Assembly: GCA_019058295.1 (NCBI GenBank)
Contig: JAHPZI010000021.1
Location: forward strand, 192,001 to 256,000
From: Promethearchaeota archaeon
Lineage (GTDB): Archaea > Asgardarchaeota > Lokiarchaeia > Sigyniarchaeales > SOKP01
Length of the DNA stretch: 64,000 nucleotides
Direction of reading: 5' to 3'
This document shows, piece after piece, positions 19,388 to 27,971 of this stretch (its first letter is position 1; every line of letters starts with the position of its first letter). The notes under the pieces were generated by a model. The model made no database searches and was not told the origin of the DNA. It was given only the letters and a program-made list of their open reading frames with translations. The translations under genes and the position numbers were made by a program.

Positions 19388-19816
19388 GTGTTTTTGTTAA
19401 TAGAAGAGATAGGTATAGTTTCCAGGGGTTTCGTTCTTTATAGAAAAAATTTTCAGGAAGAAATAAATGATATACAAGATTTTAAAAAAGGTGCTTTTTA
19501 TTCTGCGATAATTTCTTTCAGTAAAAGTTTATTTTCAGAAGAATTATCCTATATTGAAGCGACAAAACACATTACGTTCTTTAGTAGCACTCAGATCGAA
19601 TCCTTTGAAGAGGATTATTATGAGAATCTTATTGCATACGCCATATTCAATATTAAAAATAGAAAGAAAACTGAAAAAACCATTACTAAGAAAATCAAAC
19701 CAATAGTAGATGAAGTTTTAAATAGATTCAAAGAGAAATATAATAAAACGAGTTTGGTATATCTAGATCAGTTTGAAGATTTTAATCCAATACTCGAAAT
19801 AGCATTAAAAAACTGA
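19388..19816 (+). CDS. Longin-like domain protein
   Basis: IEEIGIVSRGFVLY...GAFYSAIISFS...ELSYIE...F...Y...FEDF: beta-beta-alpha-beta3-alpha-alpha pattern. Confidence 0.6.
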   Translation: MFLLIEEIGIVSRGFVLYRKNFQEEINDIQDFKKGAFYSAIISFSKSLFSEELSYIEATKHITFFSSTQIESFEEDYYENLIAYAIFNIKNRKKTEKTITKKIKPIVDEVLNRFKEKYNKTSLVYLDQFEDFNPILEIALKN

Positions 19817-19821
19817 AAAAA

Positions 19822-20193
19822 TTATTCCTGAATCTTTATATTTTTCACATTTGCTTTTTTCCCTTCAATTATTTCGGTATTTTTACTTTCACAATGTTGA
19901 CATTGAAATAATTGAAGACCCGTCAGATATGATTCTTGACTTAAGCTTACAGTTGAAATCTCCCCACATTCTCGACATTTAATTTTTCCGGGAACAATCT
20001 CAATTATTAACTCTGCTCCTTCAGCAATTGAGCCATGTGTAGCCATTTTAAATGATTGCTTAAGTAACTCTGGCACAATTAATGTCAGCTCCCCGATTTC
20101 TAAATATACTTCGGAAATCTTTTTGGCATTATATTTAATCGCTGTAGCTTCAGCAACCTTGAATATCTGCATTGCAAAACCAAATTCATGCAT
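19822..20193 (-). CDS. hypA: Hydrogenase nickel metallochaperone HypA
   Basis: MHE N-terminus, CREC and CQHC. Confidence 0.95.
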   Translation of the reverse strand: MHEFGFAMQIFKVAEATAIKYNAKKISEVYLEIGELTLIVPELLKQSFKMATHGSIAEGAELIIEIVPGKIKCRECGEISTVSLSQESYLTGLQLFQCQHCESKNTEIIEGKKANVKNIKIQE

Positions 20194-20205
20194 GAATAGT
20201 TATCT

Positions 20206-20496
20206 TTAGCCTCGCATTTTTCTTATTTCTCTTGCTACTTCTAATATTACTTTAGATTTTTTCTTTCCTTTTGTATTAATGAGAACCCTTCCAGGATTTT
20301 CCCACCACGTTTTAGGATACTTATAATTTCCTTCTATTTCGACTTGATATCCCAATCTTTTTGCTGCTGCTGCGATTTCTTTATGAGTAACTTTATCAAT
20401 TGCAAGTTTGGTAGGAAGTCGTCTTCCATCACTTCTACTTCGCTTTGCATCAAAGTACTGAGGCCAAAAAATAAGAAATGGTTTCCTTGATCTCAT
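20206..20496 (-). CDS. srp19: Signal recognition particle protein SRP19
   Basis: IFWPQYFD...SRSDGRRLP, YPKTWW..PGRV. Confidence 0.95.
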   Translation of the reverse strand: MRSRKPFLIFWPQYFDAKRSRSDGRRLPTKLAIDKVTHKEIAAAAKRLGYQVEIEGNYKYPKTWWENPGRVLINTKGKKKSKVILEVAREIRKMRG

Positions 20497-20583
20497 AAAA
20501 TATTGTGCTAAATTTTACTATTAAAATAAAAAACTCTCTAAAAAATTTAAAAATTATTAGTCTGAAAAATAAGATAAGATTGT

Positions 20584-21162
20584 TTATTTCTTTCCTTTAC
20601 TATCGTTCGAGACCGATGCAACTTTAGATGCTTCCAGAGAGAATGCAATTCGCCGTTTATAAGGGTTGAGCTTATTGATTTCCTTACTAGCTTTGAGCGC
20701 AAGAGCTTTAATGTTTTTGGTCCGGGTTTGATATGCCTCATCTGAAAGTTCTATAAAATTAAGACATCCATAGAAGCAAAAATCGACACATTTTGGAGAA
20801 CCTCCACATAAATCGCATTTGATCGCTTTCAGCTCATTGTTAAAGTCAAGGGCTCCAAATGGGCAGGCATCAACACAAGCACCGCAATCAGTACACTTTT
20901 CTTGGTCTACAGCAACAAGTGTGTCTCCTTGCTGAGTTTTAGTCTTGAAAATAGCTCCTGTCGGGCATGCAGCCAAACACATTGCATCTTCACATTGTAA
21001 GCAGACAGTTGGTCTAGACCATCCTTCCAATCCATTGGTAGCGACCCTTATGCGTGAATGGCTAGGAATAAACTCTCCTTCTTTGACACTAGAGCATGCC
21101 AATTCACACATATGGCATCCTGTGCATTTTTCCGATTGAATAGTCAATACTCTATTGCCCAT
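20584..21162 (-). CDS. 4Fe-4S dicluster electron-transfer subunit (DmsB/HycB-like)
   Basis: Four Cys clusters (CTGCHMCELAC, CLQCEDAMC..ACP, CTDCGACVDACP, KCDLC); directly downstream of AOR. Confidence 0.9.
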   Translation of the reverse strand: MGNRVLTIQSEKCTGCHMCELACSSVKEGEFIPSHSRIRVATNGLEGWSRPTVCLQCEDAMCLAACPTGAIFKTKTQQGDTLVAVDQEKCTDCGACVDACPFGALDFNNELKAIKCDLCGGSPKCVDFCFYGCLNFIELSDEAYQTRTKNIKALALKASKEINKLNPYKRRIAFSLEASKVASVSNDSKGKK

Positions 21163-21164
21163 AG

Positions 21165-22982
21165 TTAAATCCTCATGATTGGCTCAGTGTTGAATCCATA
21201 TTTATCAATTATTTCTTGAGTTGGTATGCCCTCGCTATCCCATCCTCGGCATAAATAGTATTCCGTTCTCATTTTCAAAAAATTATCATTTCCAATAATT
21301 TTCCCTGCCGCTGGACCATCGGGAAGACTTTCTTCTATTATACGTTTGGGCAACATATCATCTTTAAAGTTAAAACCCTCCCGAATATTGATACGTCTGA
21401 TCATTGTCTCAACAATCTCTGCGTGGTTTTTGAGGTCATTTCCAGAGTAATTAAAGCCAGTCACAACATTAAAATATTTAGCCCAATCGTTAGCAGTAAG
21501 TTGCATTCTTGTTCCGATCATGTCGCAAACTAAAAGCGAATGCATTATACACCTTTGAGTCATCAATCCTCTTACGATTTCTGCCTTTCCTTCAATGATG
21601 AAAGGATTTGCACCAGTCATAATTTCTACTGCAGGAGGCCAAGCCCTACGATGGCAAGCGCCTCTAGGTGTCACTGAATATGTAATGGTTGTTCCCCAAC
21701 CCGCACGTGGATCATAGGCCGGAAATTCCAAACCTTTGCATTGTATAGCAAATTCTTCTGTATTATGCCCTAGTAATCGAGCCATCTCTTTCACTCCCTT
21801 AGCACAAAAAGCACCGAAACCTTTTTTATGAGCAATTAATTCCAGTAATTCAACTACAGCCATATAATTGCCGAAATTTAATTCCAAGCCCCCTGTATCC
21901 TCTTTAGTCAAAATACCTCGTTCATAACATTCCATAGCAAATCCAATTACACCCCCCGCAGATATTGTGTCCATACCTAAATCATCACAGAGATAATTTG
22001 CTTTCATAATTGCCGGTAAATAATCTATTTCTAGATTAGCACCTAGCAAAGCGAGAGTTTCATACTCTGGTCCTTCAATTTTGAGATCTTTAAAAATACC
22101 TTCCTTAACTTGCGTTATACTAGCACATCCTCCGAAGCAGGCATAACATGCTCGATCCCTTACTGTGAAATCGATGACACGGTCCTTGTCGATGTTTCCA
22201 ATAGCTTTCTTGAATTGACCTCTGGAAAAATTTCGAGTAGGAAGCATGCCCGCTGTGTTAGTAAGACTTAAAGTCATTGGAGTGATAATTTTAAATTTAC
22301 ATCTCTTTTGATGTTTAAATATGAGTTTATAGAGTCCTTCCATATCAGCACAATTAATACCTCCAGTCCCTTTAACGGCAATGTATTTAAGGTTCTTAGA
22401 CCCCATTACCGCACCAGCACCACCACGGCCAGCTTTTCGAAAAAAGTCACTCCCAACACAAGCAAATGGGATAAGATTCTCTCCAGCAGGACCAATTGAA
22501 AGACATCCACATTCCGGATGGAAGTTTTTCCTAACGTAAGTTTCTGTTTCAAAAGAACCTTTCCCCCATAGATGAGTAGCATCTAGGAACTCCACTTTAT
22601 CATCTTTAATAACCAGTGAACTTGGAGATTTAGCTTTACCAGTAATTATTAGTCCGTCATATCCAGCAAATTTAATCTCTGGAGTCATTCTGCCGCTGGA
22701 ATAAGATTCCAGCCAACCTCCACTTGCAGGAGATTTGGTAATAATTAGATGTTTGCCAGAACCTGGTGCCATTGTACCTCCCAATGGACCAGTAAGGACC
22801 ATAAAGACATTTTCAGGATCTAATGGATCAGTTTCTGACGGAATAAGATCCCAATAGAGTTTTGCCCCTAAGCCACGACCTCCGATATACTTTGTTAATA
22901 TTTCCTCAGGAATAGGAACAGTTTTATGCGTTTGTTGGCTAAGATCAATATGTAAGAGTTTTCCTTTATAACCTTGAAGCAT
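21165..22982 (-). CDS. aor: Tungsten aldehyde:ferredoxin oxidoreductase family
   Basis: YIGGRGLG, GRGGAGAVMGSKNLK, EGPEYET, CDDLGMDTIS and PAYDPR. Confidence 0.93.
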   Translation of the reverse strand: MLQGYKGKLLHIDLSQQTHKTVPIPEEILTKYIGGRGLGAKLYWDLIPSETDPLDPENVFMVLTGPLGGTMAPGSGKHLIITKSPASGGWLESYSSGRMTPEIKFAGYDGLIITGKAKSPSSLVIKDDKVEFLDATHLWGKGSFETETYVRKNFHPECGCLSIGPAGENLIPFACVGSDFFRKAGRGGAGAVMGSKNLKYIAVKGTGGINCADMEGLYKLIFKHQKRCKFKIITPMTLSLTNTAGMLPTRNFSRGQFKKAIGNIDKDRVIDFTVRDRACYACFGGCASITQVKEGIFKDLKIEGPEYETLALLGANLEIDYLPAIMKANYLCDDLGMDTISAGGVIGFAMECYERGILTKEDTGGLELNFGNYMAVVELLELIAHKKGFGAFCAKGVKEMARLLGHNTEEFAIQCKGLEFPAYDPRAGWGTTITYSVTPRGACHRRAWPPAVEIMTGANPFIIEGKAEIVRGLMTQRCIMHSLLVCDMIGTRMQLTANDWAKYFNVVTGFNYSGNDLKNHAEIVETMIRRINIREGFNFKDDMLPKRIIEESLPDGPAAGKIIGNDNFLKMRTEYYLCRGWDSEGIPTQEIIDKYGFNTEPIMRI

Positions 22983-23043
22983 TTATTTCATCTTTTTTTT
23001 AATATTAGATGTTATATTATCGAAAAATTTAATTTTTCTTTGA

Positions 23044-23862
23044 TTATCTAATCTTTTCTGTGAATTTAGGGGAAAATCTCTGGTTAATAAACTCTACTAT
23101 TAGATTAAAACGATAGCTATTAATTTTTGGTTTAAATAATCTCTTTGAAATTTCTTTTATTAAGTCTTTTTTCGAAATATCATCTATGTCTTCAAGGATG
23201 TCTAAAGCACATTCCGCTTCTTTAGTAAAATCTGAAACTATTTGTTGGAACACAAATGTTTGTTCTTGTTCATCAATGATTTCTAATGCTTTATTTACAA
23301 TATTTTCTTCGAATTTTAATTTCTGTTCCCACGGAATCTGTAAAATCTGTTTATTTACATCTAATAATAATCCATCCTTTGTAGTAATCTCAATGCTATC
23401 ATAATCGGTTTCTTTATATATATGTATTGTTCTCCCACCCGTATATCTCTCTGGTAATATGGAATTGGCAATTTTATTTAAGAAATTAGAACTATATTTA
23501 AAATCTTCGCCTATTACAATAAAGATAGGATAATTAAATATTTTTGCGTGTATTAAACTATAGAATTCATATGTACCAAATATGTTCATCATTTTTTTTA
23601 GAGTTAATTCTTCCATAATTTGTCTCTCATCCTTTTTCTTGGGCATCGTCATACTAATGTCAATTTTCTCGTAGCCTCGAACTTTGCCCTCGGAGTCAAA
23701 AAAAATTATGAATTGATGATCAGGACACACTACTCCTTTAGGTATTTGAATTTTAATGGTCCCAATTTTCTTTTGAGAAAATACAATACTTGGAATATCA
23801 AGATTATTAGATTTTTTACAAATAGGACAAGTAACATTTACTTTTTTGTATCGTTCACTCAT
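23044..23862 (-). CDS. Hypothetical protein with N-terminal zinc-ribbon-like domain
   Basis: CPIC...CPDH; possible C-terminal winged helix. Confidence 0.6.
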   Translation of the reverse strand: MSERYKKVNVTCPICKKSNNLDIPSIVFSQKKIGTIKIQIPKGVVCPDHQFIIFFDSEGKVRGYEKIDISMTMPKKKDERQIMEELTLKKMMNIFGTYEFYSLIHAKIFNYPIFIVIGEDFKYSSNFLNKIANSILPERYTGGRTIHIYKETDYDSIEITTKDGLLLDVNKQILQIPWEQKLKFEENIVNKALEIIDEQEQTFVFQQIVSDFTKEAECALDILEDIDDISKKDLIKEISKRLFKPKINSYRFNLIVEFINQRFSPKFTEKIR

Positions 23863-23984
23863 ACAATAATTAATCTATTCACACTAATTTAAATTTTAGT
23901 GTTTAAGCCTTTAAAAATTTTAAAAATTATTGGTTTAAAAAAATTGAGATGGTTAAAAATAAATTTTTACGAAGATTTTTAATA

Positions 23985-24042
23985 ATGTCCTACATAACTT
24001 TCAAATCCATCGTCTTTAAGGGAGGGTGGTCTAGATTGATAT
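23985..24042 (+). repeat. Degenerate direct-repeat copy of the tRNA-Pro upstream region and 5' end
   Basis: GGGAGGGTGGTCTAG at 24020-24034 is identical to 24761-24775; the upstream cctacat...aaatcc is also shared. Confidence 0.8.
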
Positions 24043-24117
24043 ATAAGAATTTAAATATTATTCATGAGAAAAATAAATTAAGCTAGTTATTTTTGTTTAT
24101 TAAAAAGAAAACGCAAG

Positions 24118-24687
24118 GTGATGAAAATTAACGATAAAATAAAGATATTAATTGATAAATTTAGAAATGATTTCGAATTTTCTTCGCAAATTACTTCTAT
24201 CTTGGAAGATATTTCAGACAATGTTAACGTTATAGAAGACGAAAATTTATTAATCCAAACAATAAAGAATATGATAGATCAGACTAATTATTCTCTTATT
24301 TTATATACACCTGTTGCTAATCAAGAGATCTTAACTCTTACAGCAGAGACTGCTTTCCAAAGAAAAAAAGTGAGATTTTTACTCGTATGCAATTGGGATT
24401 TACAAGTATATGGCAAAATCATTAAAAAAATGCGAATGTTAGGAAATATTCAATTTCGAAATATAGAGGGGTTATTTAATTATTATTTATGTTCTCGAGA
24501 TGCTAGTGAATGGTTGTTTGGTAAAAATGAAGATGAATTAATATCAATTCATAGTGAAGATAAAAATAAATGTAAGGTCTTTAATGAAATATTAACTCAT
24601 TTTGTTGGATTAACAAATCCGATAGGAGCTAGAGAAACGAGGAAGAAAGCTAAAAAGGAAAAAAAGAAGAAAAAAATGTCTAAATAG
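24118..24687 (+). CDS. Hypothetical protein, possible TrmB-sensor/PLD-like fold
   Basis: IKNMIDQTNYSLILYTP...VRFLLV...NIQFR...CSRDASEWLFG pattern. Confidence 0.5.
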   Translation: MMKINDKIKILIDKFRNDFEFSSQITSILEDISDNVNVIEDENLLIQTIKNMIDQTNYSLILYTPVANQEILTLTAETAFQRKKVRFLLVCNWDLQVYGKIIKKMRMLGNIQFRNIEGLFNYYLCSRDASEWLFGKNEDELISIHSEDKNKCKVFNEILTHFVGLTNPIGARETRKKAKKEKKKKKMSK

Positions 24688-24760
24688 AGATAGTTAAAAA
24701 TAAATTTAAATATGAATTCAAAATATTGCCTACATGCTTTTTAAAATCCTCTCTTCACAT

Positions 24761-24864
24761 GGGAGGGTGGTCTAGCTTGGTATGATACTCGGCTGGGGCA
24801 AATTATTGCTTTTGCATAATTTACAGATGCCGAGTGGTCGGGGGTTCAAATCCCCCCTCTCCCA
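24761..24864 (+). tRNA. tRNA-Pro(GGG) with a 30-nt intron (24799-24828) at position 37/38
   Basis: Acceptor GGGAGGG/CTCTCCC, anticodon stem CTCGG/CCGAG, T arm GGGGG-TTCAAAT-CCCCC, intron hairpin AAATTAT/ATAATTT in a relaxed bulge-helix-bulge. Confidence 0.9.
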
Positions 24865-24998
24865 TATTTTATACTGTACATCATGGAGATATTTATGAAT
24901 ATTTGCGAAATTGTAAAATTAGTTATGTTATAAAATATAGAACAAAAATTTATTAGATCATTAAAAAATACTTAAGTAGATAAATTCTTTAAAAAGGT

Positions 24999-25826
24999 TT
25001 GCTAAGAGGGATTTTCATGGATTTAGATCTTCATACTAAAGTGAAATTAAATAGTGGAATAGAAATGCCAATTCTTGGATTAGGGACATGGGCACTCACG
25101 GGAAAGTCCGCATATCAAGCAGTTATATGGGCATTAGAGGTGGGATATCGGTTGATTGATACTGCTACGCTTTATGGAAATGAACGAGAGATTGGAAAAG
25201 CTTTAAAAGACACAGATATCCCCCGAGATGAAATATTTATTACAACTAAGGTTTGGCAAACAGATTTGGGGTATGAAAAAACTCTTTCAGCACTAGAAAC
25301 GAGTCTTAGAAAATTAGGTCTTTCTTACGTTGATTTATATCTAATTCATTGGCCAGCATCGGAATTGATACACGAATCCTGGGAAGCATTGCAAAAATCG
25401 TTAAAAGATGAAAAAACTCGTTCTATAGGAGTGAGTAACTACGAAATACAACATCTAGCTGAACTTTTTGACAGATCTGATGTAATACCAAGTGTAAATC
25501 AAGTGGAATTCTCACCATTTCTTTTCAAAAAAGAGCTATTAAAGTATTGTCAATCTAATGATATATCTCTTGAAGCATATTGTCCATTAACCCGAGGAAG
25601 AAAGCTAGATCATCCAAAATTGATAAAAGTTGCAAAAAAATACAATAAAACAACTGCTCAAATTCTTATTCGTTGGGGGTTACAGCATAGAGTCATTGAA
25701 ATACCCAAATCTGAAAATCAAAATCACATTATTGAAAACGCAGATGTGTTTGATTTTAAAATAGACAAAATAGATATGAAAACTCTCGATAATTTGAATG
25801 AAGATTATTCAGTTGTATATCTATAA
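24999..25826 (+). CDS. Aldo/keto reductase (likely start ATG at 25017)
   Basis: GYRLIDTA..YGNE, FITTKVW, DLYLIHWP and IGVSN. Confidence 0.93.
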   Translation: MLRGIFMDLDLHTKVKLNSGIEMPILGLGTWALTGKSAYQAVIWALEVGYRLIDTATLYGNEREIGKALKDTDIPRDEIFITTKVWQTDLGYEKTLSALETSLRKLGLSYVDLYLIHWPASELIHESWEALQKSLKDEKTRSIGVSNYEIQHLAELFDRSDVIPSVNQVEFSPFLFKKELLKYCQSNDISLEAYCPLTRGRKLDHPKLIKVAKKYNKTTAQILIRWGLQHRVIEIPKSENQNHIIENADVFDFKIDKIDMKTLDNLNEDYSVVYL

Positions 25827-25856
25827 AAAATTCTATCTTTTTAATATCAAGGATAT

Positions 25857-26717
25857 TTAATATCCTAAAGCAGACGCTATTATTAATGCTCCATATATTT
25901 CTGTTGGTTTTCCTACTCTGGATGTATCTATTATTACTTTATCTAAACCCATATAAATTGCCCCGTAAGCCTTACCACCCCCCAAATGAACTAAGGTGCG
26001 ATATATTAGATTTCCAGAGATTCCCTCCGGAGCTATAATAACATTTGATTTATTATAAATAGCATTTTCAATTAGAATTTCATCGTGGTTTATTTCTAAA
26101 TTTGGATGTTGTTTTTTAAGCAGATCAACTACTTCCTTAGCATTATTAATTGATTTATCTACTCGGGAATCACGTCCAAGATCTCCTAACCTACCACCAC
26201 TTAAGATGCTAATTTTAGGAATAATATTTAAAGCTTCTAATTCTTCAATAGCTTTATTGACAAATAATACTTTACTTTCAATATTCTTACATTCATCTAT
26301 TCCAACTGGACCATAAAAGAACTGAAATCCATCATGTGTTTCCATTAATGCTAATCGAAATATCTCAGAAATATTAAATTTCTTTTTTAAATTAGCTAAA
26401 AATTTACTTGAGCTCATATTACCTCTCACGATTGCATGAATCTGGTTTTTATTTAAAGAATTAAAAATAGTCTCTTCTGGTTCATTAGATTTAATAAATT
26501 CGATTTTTTTATTATGGATCTCATAAACACTGCTACGTTTAATATCCTGAATTGCCTTTTCATTGCCAAAAAGAACTATTATGGATTGATACTTTTTTAA
26601 AAACTGTAAAGAAGCCTCATAAATCTTTTTATTATGATTTTCTAAATCTCCTAAACAAATTCCAATAGCAACTTCATGATTTTTTGCTATTGATTTAATT
26701 ATCTCTAGAATTTGCAT
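25857..26717 (-). CDS. mtxX: MtxX / methanogenesis marker 4 family protein (phosphotransacetylase-like fold)
   Basis: VRGNMSS, PVGIDE, LSGGR.GD.GR, ILIENA and APEGISGNLIYRTL.HLGGG. Confidence 0.8.
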   Translation of the reverse strand: MQILEIIKSIAKNHEVAIGICLGDLENHNKKIYEASLQFLKKYQSIIVLFGNEKAIQDIKRSSVYEIHNKKIEFIKSNEPEETIFNSLNKNQIHAIVRGNMSSSKFLANLKKKFNISEIFRLALMETHDGFQFFYGPVGIDECKNIESKVLFVNKAIEELEALNIIPKISILSGGRLGDLGRDSRVDKSINNAKEVVDLLKKQHPNLEINHDEILIENAIYNKSNVIIAPEGISGNLIYRTLVHLGGGKAYGAIYMGLDKVIIDTSRVGKPTEIYGALIIASALGY

Positions 26718-26752
26718 AAAAAATCAAAAAATTATTTATAGGCTAAATATAA

Positions 26753-27874
26753 TTAATAAAAAATCATATATAAAAAAGCAATAATGAGAGTTAAACTATT
26801 ATAAACCCCATGAGTTACGGATACTGCAATTAGATTTTCTTCACGCCACCGATACATCCCTCCAATCATAAGACTTATGGCGAGATATGGGGGAAATAAT
26901 AAAAGAAATGATATAAATAAATCTCCGAGGTTCTCTGAGATAAGAAAGATGCTAATCAGGTGTATTCCCGCAAAAATTAATGCGGTAATAATATATCCCC
27001 AGTTTTTACTTAGAACTCTTGAAAGCCCTCGTTGCATAAAACCTCTGAATGCAATTTCTTCACATGGACCTACGACTAAGATCATCATCAAAATCATAAG
27101 AATTAAAACAATTAAGTCATATATTGTAATAGTTCCATATGATTCGGCCTCAGGAGTTACTCGTACTCCAAATAATTCTAATATAATTTGAATAAGTAAA
27201 CTAACCCCTACAACTACAACCACTCCAACAAAAGCAAATCCTATACCGATTCCTACTTCTTTTGCAATTTCTTTTCCATCATAACCTCTTGTAGTGAAGC
27301 CCAACACAGTTAAACGATTTTTAAAAGTAGGATTCTGTATATATCTACCTGCCCACCAAATAGGGAATAAGATTAGGATTAATTCTACTAGAGTTATGAT
27401 AACTAGAAAAAAGGGATTGAGAACGATATTGATTACGGTATTGACATCATTAACGATTAATACCATTAAAATAATAATTCCAAAGAGAATTCCCTGCATC
27501 GCAATAAAACCGAGTATAGGTATTGATATAGACGCCCACCCGGTCCATAATCTTCTCTCCTTGGTATCAAGAAGTTTATCATCTGCGACGAGTCCATATG
27601 GGGCATCATAATGAACCAGAGAGTTATCCTTGGTGTCAAGAATTGCCTGGTTAGACATAACTTTATCTGGTTTGTAATAAGCAGTGGGAGAAGGGTAAAC
27701 TTTAGGCTGTACATATGGATTTGCTTCTTGACGTGAAGGTAATGTCTTATGCTGTTTTATATAATATAAGTCTACACCACATTTAATACAATATCTTAAT
27801 CTTTCGATACTTGGAAGCTCATAGCCGCAGCTTGGACAATACTTCCATTCAATTTTTTGATCGTTATCTGTCAT
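26753..27874 (-). CDS. CPBP (CAAX/Abi) intramembrane protease with N-terminal double zinc ribbon
   Basis: EEIAFRG, FAGIH and HGVYN; CPSCG...CIKCG. Confidence 0.88.
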   Translation of the reverse strand: MTDNDQKIEWKYCPSCGYELPSIERLRYCIKCGVDLYYIKQHKTLPSRQEANPYVQPKVYPSPTAYYKPDKVMSNQAILDTKDNSLVHYDAPYGLVADDKLLDTKERRLWTGWASISIPILGFIAMQGILFGIIILMVLIVNDVNTVINIVLNPFFLVIITLVELILILFPIWWAGRYIQNPTFKNRLTVLGFTTRGYDGKEIAKEVGIGIGFAFVGVVVVVGVSLLIQIILELFGVRVTPEAESYGTITIYDLIVLILMILMMILVVGPCEEIAFRGFMQRGLSRVLSKNWGYIITALIFAGIHLISIFLISENLGDLFISFLLLFPPYLAISLMIGGMYRWREENLIAVSVTHGVYNSLTLIIAFLYMIFY

Positions 27875-27971
27875 TATTAAATTAAAAGAATAAATTAAAA
27901 TTCAAATATATTTACTTTTCAAATTATAAAATAATTCAATATTTAATGTTTAAAAAATAAAGTGTAGACCG

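Noticed and set aside
24020-24042. Upstream tRNA-like fragment as half of a split tRNA
   Set aside because: It covers only about 15-23 nt, degenerates within the D arm, has no complementary leader for trans-splicing, and an intact tRNA-Pro lies 740 bp away.
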